The position numbers and the translations under genes were made by a program. Shown here one piece after another: positions 1 to 10,409 of a DNA stretch of 64,000 nucleotides. The stretch lies in the IMG/VR virus record IMGVR_UViG_3300037418_002332, one strand, 5' to 3'. This stretch comes from a virus. Its lineage: Duplodnaviria > Caudoviricetes. Below the pieces are notes generated by a model. The model was not told where the DNA came from. It did not search any database and saw nothing but the letters and a program-made list of their open reading frames with translations. Position 1 is the first letter of the stretch; the number at the start of each line of letters is the position of its first letter.

Positions 1-1
1 G

Positions 2-2377
2 CAAGCTCTTGAGGCAGTTCAAGCTGGTTCACTTTCCGAAACAAAAGAATTCATTGATCGATACAAAAATGTAGATAATTTTGAAGTTTTTGGTCAAGAA
101 AACTGGATTTCCAACTACATAGTTGACAAGTATCCAGGGAAAATTGATTACAACTATGATTTGATCAATCTTGCATTTTTCGACATTGAAACCACGTGTG
201 AAGAAGGCTTCCCAAATGTTGAGACAGCCAATGAAGAAATTTTGATCATTTCATTCTGGAACCGTGGTACATATTACATTTTCTCAACTGAACGTTATGG
301 TAAATTCGTAACGGATAAACCAAATATTGTATCAGAAACTTTTCCAACTGAAGAACTCATGCTTCATGCTGTTGTTGACTTTTGGTCAAAGATGGCATTC
401 GACATCGTATCCGGTTGGTATTCTGACTTCTTTGATATTCCATATGTTGTAAACCGTATCAACCGAATTCTTGGTAAAGACAAGACCAAGAAGCTTTCGC
501 CATGGGGCATGATTCGTGATTTGACTATCCCAACTTTGAAAGGTGACCAAAAGTCATACACAATTGTTGGTGTTAATCATATCGACTACATGGCAGCTTA
601 CAAAAAGTTCTCTGGTGTTCAACTTGAAAATATGAAACTGGATACAGTTGGTAACCATGAACTTGGTTTGAAAAAGCTTGACTATTCAGAATTTGAATCA
701 ATGCGTGAGTTGTATCAAAAGGACTTTCAAAAGTTCTGCGAATACAACTTGAGAGACAACGAAATCCTAGTTGGTGTTGAAAAGAAACGTAACATCATCA
801 AGATGATTGTCAGCCTTGCTTTGAACGCAAAGGTGAACATGGTTGACACTTTCAAGCAAACTGTGATGTGGGATAATATCTTCTACAATCACTTGCTTGA
901 GAAGAATATCATCGTCCCAAGAAAAGAAAAGCATGCAAACAGCGCTCCTATTCCTGGTGGTTTCGTTCGTGAAGTAAATCCAGGAATGTTCAAGTGGATC
1001 GTTTCACTTGACCTTGACTCACTGTATCCTCACTTGATCATGGGTACAAATATCAGTCCTGAAACTTACAAAGGCATTTTCCAAGTTGATATTGAAGATT
1101 TGGCAAAAGGCAAAGATATCGACTTGCTTCGCTATTGTAAAAAAGAGAACTATGCGTTGGCCGGAAACGGTGCAATGTTCGATAGATCAATTCGTGGGTT
1201 CATTCCTGAACTCATGGACGTCATGTATAAAGAACGTAAACAGTTCAAGTCTGAAATGTTGAAGACACGTGATTATCTTGAAACTAATCGTGCAAATTTG
1301 TCAAAGGAAGAAATCAAGAAACTGGAAGATGAAATCTCCAGACTTGACATGTTCCAAAACGTTCGTAAGATTCAGCTGAACTCAGCCTATGGTTCATTGG
1401 CTCAGATCGGATTTAGGTTCTTTCAATATGAGTTGGCTTGTGCAATTACTTTGACAGGTCAAACAACGTTGAAATGGGCAGTTCGTAAGTTGAATGAATT
1501 CATGAACAAAATCCTTTCAACTAAGGATGTTGATTATGTGTTGGCGGCTGATACCGACTCAATCCACTTGAACTTTGAGCCTATTGTGAAACAGTATCAG
1601 TCTAAAAAGCCTGATGCTACACGTGAAGATATTACCAACTTCATCGACAAAATTGTTCAAAATAAGTTTCAACCATTCCTTGATGCAATTTATGAGGAAC
1701 TGGCTGAATATTTGAATTCATATGAACAAAAGATGAAAATGAAACGCGAAAACATCGTTGATGTGGGAGTGTATTTGGCCAAAAAGAAATATATTTACAA
1801 CGTGCTCGACTCAGAAGGCACTCGATATGCTGACCCAAAGTTGAAGGTCATGGGCCTTGAACTGGTTAAGTCAAACACTCCAGCTTTCTGTAGAAAGAAA
1901 ATGAAGGAAGCTTGTAAAATCGTACTTGAAAAAAGTGAATCAGATTTAATCAAGTTCATTGAGGAAACCAAAAAGGAATTCATGAAGTTGCCATTTGAGG
2001 ATATCGCTTATCCTCAAGGTGTAAATCACATTTCCAAATACACTGATGCTTCTGGTGATTATGTCAAAGGAACTCAGATTTATGCGCGCGGCTCTATCAT
2101 TTACAACAATTTGTTGAAAAAGAAGGGACTGACTAAGAAATATGAAACCATTGGTGATGGTGATAAAATCAAGTATTGTTACTTGAAAATGCCAAATCCA
2201 ATTTTTGAGAATATCATCAGCGTTCCATTTGCACTTCCGAAGGAACTTGGTCTTCATGAATATGTTGACTATGAAACTCAATTTGAAAAAACTTTCATGA
2301 GTGCAATCGGACGTATTTGTGCAGCCGTGAACTGGCAATTGACAAAAGTTGATTCATTGGAGGATTTTTTCAATTGA
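2..2377 (+). CDS. gp43: Family B DNA polymerase (T4 gp43-like), 5' end outside window
   Basis: Frame open from nt 2; ExoI FDIET, SLDLDSLYPH, KIQLNSAYG, AADTDS, KKKY motifs. Confidence 0.97.
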   Translation, partial: QALEAVQAGSLSETKEFIDRYKNVDNFEVFGQENWISNYIVDKYPGKIDYNYDLINLAFFDIETTCEEGFPNVETANEEILIISFWNRGTYYIFSTERYGKFVTDKPNIVSETFPTEELMLHAVVDFWSKMAFDIVSGWYSDFFDIPYVVNRINRILGKDKTKKLSPWGMIRDLTIPTLKGDQKSYTIVGVNHIDYMAAYKKFSGVQLENMKLDTVGNHELGLKKLDYSEFESMRELYQKDFQKFCEYNLRDNEILVGVEKKRNIIKMIVSLALNAKVNMVDTFKQTVMWDNIFYNHLLEKNIIVPRKEKHANSAPIPGGFVREVNPGMFKWIVSLDLDSLYPHLIMGTNISPETYKGIFQVDIEDLAKGKDIDLLRYCKKENYALAGNGAMFDRSIRGFIPELMDVMYKERKQFKSEMLKTRDYLETNRANLSKEEIKKLEDEISRLDMFQNVRKIQLNSAYGSLAQIGFRFFQYELACAITLTGQTTLKWAVRKLNEFMNKILSTKDVDYVLAADTDSIHLNFEPIVKQYQSKKPDATREDITNFIDKIVQNKFQPFLDAIYEELAEYLNSYEQKMKMKRENIVDVGVYLAKKKYIYNVLDSEGTRYADPKLKVMGLELVKSNTPAFCRKKMKEACKIVLEKSESDLIKFIEETKKEFMKLPFEDIAYPQGVNHISKYTDASGDYVKGTQIYARGSIIYNNLLKKKGLTKKYETIGDGDKIKYCYLKMPNPIFENIISVPFALPKELGLHEYVDYETQFEKTFMSAIGRICAAVNWQLTKVDSLEDFFN

Positions 2378-2769
2378 CACCTTTCTCGATAGCCGATGAA
2401 CATGATTTGTTTGAACAAATACAGGATGGAGTGATGGCATTTTGTCATTCAAATGTAGTTCCACCACTCCATCCACATGAACAACGAGTTATACAGTTGG
2501 CCCATGAAATGTATCATAGATTATTGACTTTCATTGACTTGGGTATGTTGGTCAAATATGATTCAAACATCGGACTTGCCGGATATAATTCAAATGTTAC
2601 TCCACTTTGTTCATATGATAGTGAACGGGTGATGGATTTCATTCATACCGATGTATGGAGAATGCAATACAAATGTGTAATATTTGTAGAAGACTTCGAA
2701 TTTTTGATTGAACCGTCGAGAGACAAAATACAGATGAGATTGAACTATGGCTATGAGCTTATCGACTAA
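2374..2769 (+). CDS. hypothetical protein
   Basis: 131-aa ORF overlapping pol stop (TTGA); no motif recognised. Confidence 0.6.
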   Translation: MTPFSIADEHDLFEQIQDGVMAFCHSNVVPPLHPHEQRVIQLAHEMYHRLLTFIDLGMLVKYDSNIGLAGYNSNVTPLCSYDSERVMDFIHTDVWRMQYKCVIFVEDFEFLIEPSRDKIQMRLNYGYELID

Positions 2770-3283
2770 CAACGGAACTACATGGTTAGACAATTGGGTG
2801 AATGGAATGCAATATGATGACGATGAAAAACGACGGGGAGATTTAGCAAATGACTATCCGTTGCTCACTGAAGAACAAATCACCCCATATATGTCAAAAT
2901 GTATGGAACCTTTGATGGAACTAAACAAAGGTTTGTTCGCAAACGTGCAAGACGTTATGATTGATGAATTTAAATACATTCGAAGAATGGTTAATTTCAT
3001 GGCAGATATGGGAAATGTCCATATAATTGCTGATCAAAAACGACAACATACTCCATCATCAGTTACTTGGTTTAAACAAAATGGTGATAAGATTTTTGTT
3101 AACTTCATTATTCAAAAAACTGAAGTTTTAGCAGATATTTACAATGCGGTGTATGACTCAATCCTTAATCATGAATCTATAATTATAGCAAATATCAAGC
3201 CACACGTATCAGAATACAACGCCATTACTGCTAGGGCAACAAAGGTAGAGTATCTATTTGCGATGGCATCGATACCAAAATAA
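2747..3283 (+). CDS. hypothetical protein
   Basis: 178-aa ORF in operon-like packing. Confidence 0.65.
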   Translation: MAMSLSTNNGTTWLDNWVNGMQYDDDEKRRGDLANDYPLLTEEQITPYMSKCMEPLMELNKGLFANVQDVMIDEFKYIRRMVNFMADMGNVHIIADQKRQHTPSSVTWFKQNGDKIFVNFIIQKTEVLADIYNAVYDSILNHESIIIANIKPHVSEYNAITARATKVEYLFAMASIPK

Positions 3284-3297
3284 CAAAAAGGATAAAA

Positions 3298-4347
3298 ATG
3301 ACAGACGACTTTTTCTTAGATCTACTAAACGACAATGACATCGAAGTTGTAGAAGACATTCCTGAAACTGGATTTGTTGATACAGGTTCATATGCGTTGA
3401 ACGGATTGATCTCTGCATCAATTTATGGCGGCATTCCAAATAATCGTGCAATCATGTGGGCTGGTGCGCCATCAGCAGGTAAAACATACTTCACACTTTC
3501 ATGTATCAAAACATATTTGGACAAAGATCCAATGAACAATGTGATTTTCTTTGATACTGAATTCGCACTTGAAAAAGAAATGATTGCGAAACGAGGCATC
3601 GATCCTAAGCGTTTCAAAATCGTTGACGCTGAATCTCTTCAAGACTTCAGAACAAAATCAGTCAAATTCTTGGATGCTTTTGAAGCTGCAAAGAAAAAAC
3701 CAAATGTCATGTTGGCATTGGATTCACTGAGCAACTTGGCAACCAATAAAGAAATCGCCGACGCTGCGGCTGGTAATGACGTTCGCGATATGACCAAAGC
3801 ACAGGTCATTCGTGGTATTTTCAGAATCATCACCCGTAAACTCGGCAAAAATCAAATTCCACTTTTGATGACAAACCATATCTACAGTTCAATGGATATG
3901 TATTCACCAGTTGTCATTTCAGGTGGTCAAGGCGCATTGTACGCAGCGTCAACGGTCGTAACTTTGAACAAGTCTAAACTCAAAGAAGGTGCTGATGTCA
4001 TCGGTAATATCATCAGGGCAACCACTTACAAGTCTAGATATTCAAAAGAAAACCAAAAGGTTGAATTGAAGTTGGACTATGACACCGGTCTAGATCGTTA
4101 CTATGGTCTGTTACCACTTGCTGAAAAATACAATGTCATCAAGAAAGTTTCAACACGTTATGAACTTCCTGATGGCGCTAAAGTATGGGGCAAGGAAATC
4201 AATGAAAATCCTGAACAAGTTTTTACAAAGGATATTCTTGATAAGCTGGATAAGGTAGCAAAGTTGGAATTTGGACTTGGTGGTTCAACGGATGGTGAAG
4301 AATTCATCATCAATGAGGAAGTTGCCAAACAACAAGAGGCAGAATAA
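3298..4347 (+). CDS. uvsX: RecA-like recombinase UvsX
   Basis: DTGSYALN, Walker A GAPSAGKT, DTEFA, LDSLSNL, ISGG motifs; between gp43 and gp41. Confidence 0.95.
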   Translation: MTDDFFLDLLNDNDIEVVEDIPETGFVDTGSYALNGLISASIYGGIPNNRAIMWAGAPSAGKTYFTLSCIKTYLDKDPMNNVIFFDTEFALEKEMIAKRGIDPKRFKIVDAESLQDFRTKSVKFLDAFEAAKKKPNVMLALDSLSNLATNKEIADAAAGNDVRDMTKAQVIRGIFRIITRKLGKNQIPLLMTNHIYSSMDMYSPVVISGGQGALYAASTVVTLNKSKLKEGADVIGNIIRATTYKSRYSKENQKVELKLDYDTGLDRYYGLLPLAEKYNVIKKVSTRYELPDGAKVWGKEINENPEQVFTKDILDKLDKVAKLEFGLGGSTDGEEFIINEEVAKQQEAE

Positions 4348-4350
4348 TAG

Positions 4351-5739
4351 TTGAAGACTACTTCACAAACTATCATATACAATCTAATCAATAATGAGGA
4401 TTTCCATAAGAAAGTAATTCCGTTTTTAATGTCTGACTATTTCGAAAATGCTGGCGAACAAGTCATGTTCGATCACATTTACGCTTACAGTCAGAAATAT
4501 GCCAAAGTTCCAACTTTGGAAGCTTTGTTCATTGAAATTGGTAACAATAAGAAAGTTACAGAAGGCCAGGCAGCGGAAGTTGATGGTCTTCTTAAAATCT
4601 TGAAGGAACCAAGTGAACCAGTGGACTTAACTTGGCTTGTTGAAAAGACGGAAGAATTTTGTAGAGATAGAGCAATCAACAACGCGGTGATGGAGGCAAT
4701 CTCCATCATCGACGGTGAAAACAAAAAGCTTGGAAAAGGTGCAATTCCTGATCTATTGAAACAAGCACTTGCGGTTGGTTTCGATACAAGCCTTGGTCAT
4801 GATATCTTTGAAAATGCTCCAGATCGTTGGGAATATTATCATCGAGTTCAAGAAAGAATTCCATTCAATCTTGACTATTTCAACAAGATTACCAAGAACG
4901 GATTTGCTAAGAAAACGTTGAATCTTTTCCTGGCCGGAACGCACGTTGGTAAAACTGCAATAATGATTCATCAGGCAGCTTCAAATCTGGCTGATGGCAA
5001 AACTATCGTCTATTTTACATTGGAAATGGCTGAAGAAGAAATTTCCAAAAGAATAGACGCAAACTTGATGGGCTTGGATATCACAGATATCGAAACCATT
5101 TCCAAAGACCAATATTTGAAAAAGATTGGTCAATTGAAAGCCAAACATACTGGTCGTTTGATCGTTAAGGAATATCCAGTCGGTCAAGCGAATATCAATC
5201 ACTTCAGACATTTTCTGAATGAGCTCAAACTCAAGAAGAATATCGTTCCTGATGTGGTGTATGTTGACTATTTGAATTTGTGTAACTCATTCAGATTGGT
5301 AGGCAACAATTCAGCCAATTCATATACCATGATGAAGGCGGTGTCGGAAGAACTCCGTGGTTTAGCTATGGAAATGAATCTTTGTATCGTATCCGCTTCT
5401 CAGTTCAATCGTGCAGGTGCGAATAACACTGACCCAGAAATGGGTGATATCTCTGAATCATTCGGTGTCGCGTTCACTGCCGATTTTATTGCGGCTTTGA
5501 TCGTCACAGACGAATTTAAGGAGCAGGACAAGATGATGGTCAAACAGTTGAAAAATCGATACGATGATATGAACAAAATCCCATCATTTTTCATAGGATA
5601 CAAACGATCTAAGCAAAAATTCTACGATGCGGACTTGACTCAATCGGATGAATCACCTATAGTGACAAAGGAGACGCCAGTGTTTGATGCTGGCAAATTC
5701 AACACCAAAAAACCGAATTTAGGAGATTGGAAGCTGTAA
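4351..5739 (+). CDS. gp41: Replicative DnaB-like helicase gp41
   Basis: AGTHVGKT, TLEMAEE, VDYLNL, SASQFNR, SESFG, KQLKNRY motifs. Confidence 0.96.
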   Translation: MKTTSQTIIYNLINNEDFHKKVIPFLMSDYFENAGEQVMFDHIYAYSQKYAKVPTLEALFIEIGNNKKVTEGQAAEVDGLLKILKEPSEPVDLTWLVEKTEEFCRDRAINNAVMEAISIIDGENKKLGKGAIPDLLKQALAVGFDTSLGHDIFENAPDRWEYYHRVQERIPFNLDYFNKITKNGFAKKTLNLFLAGTHVGKTAIMIHQAASNLADGKTIVYFTLEMAEEEISKRIDANLMGLDITDIETISKDQYLKKIGQLKAKHTGRLIVKEYPVGQANINHFRHFLNELKLKKNIVPDVVYVDYLNLCNSFRLVGNNSANSYTMMKAVSEELRGLAMEMNLCIVSASQFNRAGANNTDPEMGDISESFGVAFTADFIAALIVTDEFKEQDKMMVKQLKNRYDDMNKIPSFFIGYKRSKQKFYDADLTQSDESPIVTKETPVFDAGKFNTKKPNLGDWKL

Positions 5740-5927
5740 TGTACAAGATCATCAAAAATTCTGCTGGAAAATTCGATTTGATTGAGCTCGCTACTGAGCA
5801 AGTGGTCGGAGTGTTTGATGACCATGGTGCTGCAAAAAAGCAGTACAATCGGTTCAAGGGTGGAGTGGCGTTCAATGGATGGACGCCATCTTTCTTTTTG
5901 ATTAATGTAATGGAGTATACAAAATGA
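5739..5927 (+). CDS. small hypothetical protein
   Basis: ATG overlaps gp41 TAA; GGVAFNGWTPSFF motif. Confidence 0.6.
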   Translation: MYKIIKNSAGKFDLIELATEQVVGVFDDHGAAKKQYNRFKGGVAFNGWTPSFFLINVMEYTK

Positions 5928-6469
5928 AAACATATGCTGGTATTGGGTCAAGGGAAACACCAGAGGATGTTTGTTTGATCATGAAGAATTTGGCCACCAA
6001 GCTTGAAGCTTTTGGTTACACGCTTCGCAGTGGTGGTGCGGAAAAAGCTGATCAGGCATTCGCATCTGGCGTGACAAAGAAATCAAATATGCAAATCTTC
6101 CTCCCTTGGCGCGGCCATAATGCGATTGATTCGATTTACACCGAACCATCCGAGGAAGCTATGGAATTGGCGGAAGCTTATCATCCTGCTTGGAACAAGA
6201 TGGGTGAACGAGGCAAATTGCTTCAAGGTCGAAACAGCCATATCATCCTGGGTGAAAATCTCGATGATCCTGTTGATTTCGTGATCTGCTGGACCCAAAA
6301 TGGTGGAGTCATGGGCGGCACAGGCCAAGGGATGCGAATTGCCAATTCAAAGAAAATTCCAATTTATAATCTGCGTAATGAAGCAGACATTCAAAAACTG
6401 AGCGCATTCCTAGCAACTCTTACTGAACAAGCAGTCAAGGAAAAGGACGCCAAGAAAATTTGGGAATAA
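5924..6469 (+). CDS. SLOG/DprA-like Rossmann-fold protein
   Basis: YAGIGSRETP, LRSGGAEKAD, GGTGQGMRIA motifs. Confidence 0.7.
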   Translation: MKTYAGIGSRETPEDVCLIMKNLATKLEAFGYTLRSGGAEKADQAFASGVTKKSNMQIFLPWRGHNAIDSIYTEPSEEAMELAEAYHPAWNKMGERGKLLQGRNSHIILGENLDDPVDFVICWTQNGGVMGGTGQGMRIANSKKIPIYNLRNEADIQKLSAFLATLTEQAVKEKDAKKIWE

Positions 6470-7161
6470 AGTACATGCCAGTTTTGGGATACATTTCAGA
6501 CCTTCATCTTGAATTTAGGAAGGATATGGTCAAGGACGGAGTTTCATTTGATGATGTTGTAATTGATTATTTCAACAGCTTCACTGGAAAAATCGACTTT
6601 TTGATCATTGCAGGTGATATTCATTCGGATCAGAAAAAGCGTGAGAAATTTCTTTCACGTCTGACTGTACCTGTGAAATATGTCATGGGCAATCACGACT
6701 TTTTCAAACTGGAAGTGTATGACGATTTCTTTGATGAGGACGGAATCACCGGAGCAGGTCTCTGGACCAACTTCAATAACAATCCGTTGAATGAAATCAT
6801 TGCACGTGAACAGATTTGGGATTATCGTTGGATACCAAAATGGACCACTGAAAAATGCAAGGCACTGCATTTTGAGCAAATGCGAAAGATTATGGCCAGT
6901 CCATCTGAAATCGTAGTGACTCACTTTCCACCTTCATTCGGTTCAATCACTGATCGTTTTAAAGGTGATCCATTGAGCACCGCATATTTCTGTAACAATC
7001 TTGATTCTCAGATTTTAGGATCAAACAAAAAGTTGTGGATTCACGGTCACGTTCATTCGGATCACGATTATATGATCGGTGATTGTCGAGTGGTTTGTAA
7101 TGCGATGGGATATCCTAATGAGTTGCACAAAAGACAAGAGATAAAAATCATAGATATTTAA
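6460..7161 (+). CDS. Calcineurin-like metallophosphoesterase
   Basis: SDLHLE, AGDIH, GNHD, THFPP, WIHGHVH motifs. Confidence 0.9.
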   Translation: MGIKYMPVLGYISDLHLEFRKDMVKDGVSFDDVVIDYFNSFTGKIDFLIIAGDIHSDQKKREKFLSRLTVPVKYVMGNHDFFKLEVYDDFFDEDGITGAGLWTNFNNNPLNEIIAREQIWDYRWIPKWTTEKCKALHFEQMRKIMASPSEIVVTHFPPSFGSITDRFKGDPLSTAYFCNNLDSQILGSNKKLWIHGHVHSDHDYMIGDCRVVCNAMGYPNELHKRQEIKIIDI

Positions 7162-7198
7162 AGATTTTACTTTTCTTTTTGAATCAATTCAGCTACAA

Positions 7199-7438
7199 GT
7201 GAATTGTAAGGTGAATTTTAACTCGAAAGCGGAGTTTTTGAATATGTCGGTTGTTAATGCTGCTAAGCGCGAAAATGCTGAAGTCCAGGACCTGGTTCGT
7301 GACTTCGTTATGAACGGTGGAAAGATTTCTGTCGGCAAGTCGAAGCGTAAGCTTCCCAAGTATCTCCGCTACAATGGTGCTACCGCCAACGGTAAGAATC
7401 ATGCTCCGACTTTCAATCCTCTGAAGCACGCTGTCTGA
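7199..7438 (+). CDS. hypothetical protein
   Basis: 79-aa ORF with GC-richer codons. Confidence 0.55.
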   Translation: MNCKVNFNSKAEFLNMSVVNAAKRENAEVQDLVRDFVMNGGKISVGKSKRKLPKYLRYNGATANGKNHAPTFNPLKHAV

Positions 7439-7459
7439 GAATTGCGAACACTATATAAA

Positions 7460-7483
7460 GGGTGTCAGCTTCGGTTGACACCC
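7460..7483 (+). terminator. Hairpin with c(UUCG)g tetraloop
   Basis: gggtgtcagc-ttcg-gttgacaccc; weak U-tract. Confidence 0.5.
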
Positions 7484-7506
7484 TAAATCTTTAGGGGAAT
7501 CGCGTT

Positions 7507-7914
7507 GTGAGTAGACATCGTCGTCATATTGACGAACTTTTCATGATAGCTCAAGATGTTGCGCCGATCTCTGGATCGAGAATCGCAGCAAAGATAACAA
7601 TTAACAACAAAGAAGTTGGTTTCGGCGTCAACAGTTATAAGACCGATCCACTTCAGAAGAAATATGGCAAGAATGACGATGCAATTTGCATCCACGCTGA
7701 AATTCTTGCCATTAAGAACTCATTCCGTAGAATTGAAAGGGATGAATTCAAAAACGCAACTCTCTATATTGCGAGAGCCAAGCGTGATAGTGACAACAAG
7801 AATTATGTTTTTGGTATGGCTCGTCCCTGTAAGGGTTGTATGCGGGCAATAGCTGCCTTTGAGTTTTCAAGGGTTGTTTATACATGTGAAAATGGAGAGA
7901 TCGATATATTTTGA
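7507..7914 (+). CDS. Zinc-dependent (CMP/dCMP/tRNA-type) deaminase
   Basis: HAE and PCKGC zinc-binding motifs. Confidence 0.8.
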   Translation: MSRHRRHIDELFMIAQDVAPISGSRIAAKITINNKEVGFGVNSYKTDPLQKKYGKNDDAICIHAEILAIKNSFRRIERDEFKNATLYIARAKRDSDNKNYVFGMARPCKGCMRAIAAFEFSRVVYTCENGEIDIF

Positions 7915-7963
7915 GTGCAGTGAAAAGTTTCTCTAAAACATAAAAACAAAGGGAGAAAACTTT

Positions 7964-9157
7964 TTGTCAACCGTAGAAGAATTACATGAAGCATTTGAAG
8001 CATACATTAGATATGGGTCCTACACAAAAGCTGCGAAAAAGCTTGGTATTGATTCAAGAACCGTAAAGCGTCGCGCTGTCAAATACGAAAACAGTCCTGA
8101 ATATTCCACTTTCCGTCAAAACTGTCTCGACACTGGAACTGATCCAAACAAGGTTGCATATTATTGGTTAAAGACCGATGATGTGTCCTTGTTAATCAAG
8201 AACAACTCAATTCCAACATATGACGAAATCCGTGACGAAATGATTGCGGAATTCAAGAACCATGCTCCAGTTTACACACCAATCGTTCGCTCAAATGATG
8301 ATGGTGAGCATTTGTTAGTTGTTGATCCTGCTGATATCCACATTGGTAAATATTCAAAGATTCATGAAACTGGTGCAGATTATAATATTGAAACAGCTGT
8401 GGAAAGAGTCCGCAAAGGCGTGACTTCATTGTTGACCAAGGCTGTTGGTTTTGGTGTAAAGAAAATTGTATTCGTCATTGGTAATGACGTTCTGCACATT
8501 GATTCACCTCATCGCAAAACGACAGCAGGAACTCCCCAAGACACTGATGGTCAATGGTGGGAAATGTTTCTCGAAGCCAAGAAATGCTACATTGCGGCCA
8601 TTGAAGAAATGACCCAGGTTGCTGATGTCCATGTTGTGTTCTGCCCATCAAACCACGATTACACATCTGGTTGGATGTTGGCTGATACAATTTCATCATG
8701 GTTCAGAAACAATCGCAATGTTTCGTTCGGATTAAACAATCGCAATGTTTCAATCTCACATCGTAAGTATGTTGAGTATGGAAACAATATCATTGGCTTC
8801 ACCCATGGTGATGGTGCCAAGGAAAAAGATCTTCCAACATTGATGCAATTCGAAGCACGTGAAGCTTGGGGACGTGCAAAACATGCTTATTGGTATGTCC
8901 ATCACACCCATCACAAGAATCGTGCAACTTTAGGCTTGAATGCACAGAAGCTTGAAAAAGACCATATTGGTATCACTGTTCTTGAAACTGGTAAATCAAT
9001 TGATCCAGTCAATAACATTTACATTGAAACTGTTCGTTCGCCTTCACCAGCTGATGGATGGCATGATCGCAATGGCTACAAAAATTCTCAAGCGATTGAA
9101 GCATTCCTGCATCATCCAACTGATGGTCAAGTTGCAAGATTCACGCATTTCTTCTAA
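7964..9157 (+). CDS. N-terminal HTH plus metallophosphoesterase-like protein
   Basis: GSYTKAAKKLGIDSRTVKRR HTH; DPADIHIGK, GNDVLH, SNHD, HGD, HHTHH motifs. Confidence 0.75.
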   Translation: MSTVEELHEAFEAYIRYGSYTKAAKKLGIDSRTVKRRAVKYENSPEYSTFRQNCLDTGTDPNKVAYYWLKTDDVSLLIKNNSIPTYDEIRDEMIAEFKNHAPVYTPIVRSNDDGEHLLVVDPADIHIGKYSKIHETGADYNIETAVERVRKGVTSLLTKAVGFGVKKIVFVIGNDVLHIDSPHRKTTAGTPQDTDGQWWEMFLEAKKCYIAAIEEMTQVADVHVVFCPSNHDYTSGWMLADTISSWFRNNRNVSFGLNNRNVSISHRKYVEYGNNIIGFTHGDGAKEKDLPTLMQFEAREAWGRAKHAYWYVHHTHHKNRATLGLNAQKLEKDHIGITVLETGKSIDPVNNIYIETVRSPSPADGWHDRNGYKNSQAIEAFLHHPTDGQVARFTHFF

Positions 9158-9218
9158 GGAATGACTTTACTTAATGCGGCGGCCAATATAATGTATCTTC
9201 GGTAAATGGAGACAAAAT

Positions 9219-10007
9219 ATGGCCGCCGCAATTTCCAATATCACAAAATATAATGAGCGCATGCGTCGAGGAATGCTCGACAAGACGTTCTTTCTCCATC
9301 AAGTCAACGCCACGTCATATTTTGATTATGGCTGTGCTGACGGCTCAACTCTCGAGTTCATTGCTCACCTTTTCCCTGAACATCATTTCTTTGGTTACGA
9401 TATCGATCCCAAGATGATCGAATTGGCCAATGCCAAAAACATTCGCAACGCATTTTTCTCAACTGACTTCAATGAATTGCTAACAAAGAGCCGGGAAGTG
9501 GGCGGTGAATGCTGCCTCATTCTCAATTCGTTGATTCATGAGATTTATTCATATCTCGATCAAAATGGAATTGATGAATTTTGGGATCGTGTTTTGAACA
9601 GTGGTTTCCAATACATCTCAATTCGTGATATGTGCACCAGTCTGACGGTTGAACAAGAAGACCCAGCGGAAGTTAATAAAATTCGTGAACATGCTGATCG
9701 ACATTTGCTTGCTGATTTCGAGGATAAATACGGAAGCATCAGCAAAGTGAAGAATTTGGTTCATTATATCCTGAAGTGTCGATATGGAGATAATTGGGAA
9801 CGTGAACTCAATGAAGATTATCTGAAATGCGACGAAACTGAATTGATGAGCCGTATTGGCGTTTTCAATCAGGACAAATACAAATTCATTCATAATGAAC
9901 GATTCATCTTGCCGTTCATCAAACAATTCGCAAAGACCGAATTCAATTACGACTTGATTGACAGAACTCACGTCAAAATCATATTGGGGAAGAAGCTTGG
10001 TAAATAA
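9219..10007 (+). CDS. Class I SAM-dependent methyltransferase
   Basis: FDYGCADG motif I, GYDID motif. Confidence 0.75.
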   Translation: MAAAISNITKYNERMRRGMLDKTFFLHQVNATSYFDYGCADGSTLEFIAHLFPEHHFFGYDIDPKMIELANAKNIRNAFFSTDFNELLTKSREVGGECCLILNSLIHEIYSYLDQNGIDEFWDRVLNSGFQYISIRDMCTSLTVEQEDPAEVNKIREHADRHLLADFEDKYGSISKVKNLVHYILKCRYGDNWERELNEDYLKCDETELMSRIGVFNQDKYKFIHNERFILPFIKQFAKTEFNYDLIDRTHVKIILGKKLGK

Positions 10008-10365
10008 GAACTCACCTTGGTACAAAGAAACCGAACCTGAAAAAGTTGAACCATTGCCGCAAGAACAGGAAGCAATTTTCACATTTGAGTTTAACAACAT
10101 TGACGATCTCACAAAATTTCTCGACTTTTCAGGGGAATTGAGATCACTTGTTGAAAACGGTGAATTGTCAAAGCTTGAACAAGAGATCAAGGAAGCTGCC
10201 AATCGACCATTGGTGTATTGGTGTTTGAACTACGATCCAAAGTTTGACAAGGTTGAAATCATTTATGATGATCTCATTGAAGATTGGGTCCGAGTTCATT
10301 CCTCAAAAAGACTCAATTTTTTGGAATTTTCTTTGAAAAGGGACTTTACTTATCCAACGGAATAG
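9997..10365 (+). CDS. hypothetical protein
   Basis: ORF with TTG start overlapping upstream stop. Confidence 0.55.
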   Translation: MVNKNSPWYKETEPEKVEPLPQEQEAIFTFEFNNIDDLTKFLDFSGELRSLVENGELSKLEQEIKEAANRPLVYWCLNYDPKFDKVEIIYDDLIEDWVRVHSSKRLNFLEFSLKRDFTYPTE

Positions 10366-10373
10366 GCTATACT
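10345..10373 (+). promoter_or_regulatory. sigma70-like early promoter
   Basis: TTTACT-N17-TATACT; motif recurs at 55577, 56325, 62250, 62975, 63696. Confidence 0.7.
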
Positions 10374-10409
10374 GTTTGTATATGATGAGCTGAAAGAGAG
10401 AAACCTAAA

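Noticed and set aside
9618-10202. 194-aa and other minus-strand ORFs in the track
   Set aside because: They overlap well-supported plus-strand genes and have no recognisable motifs
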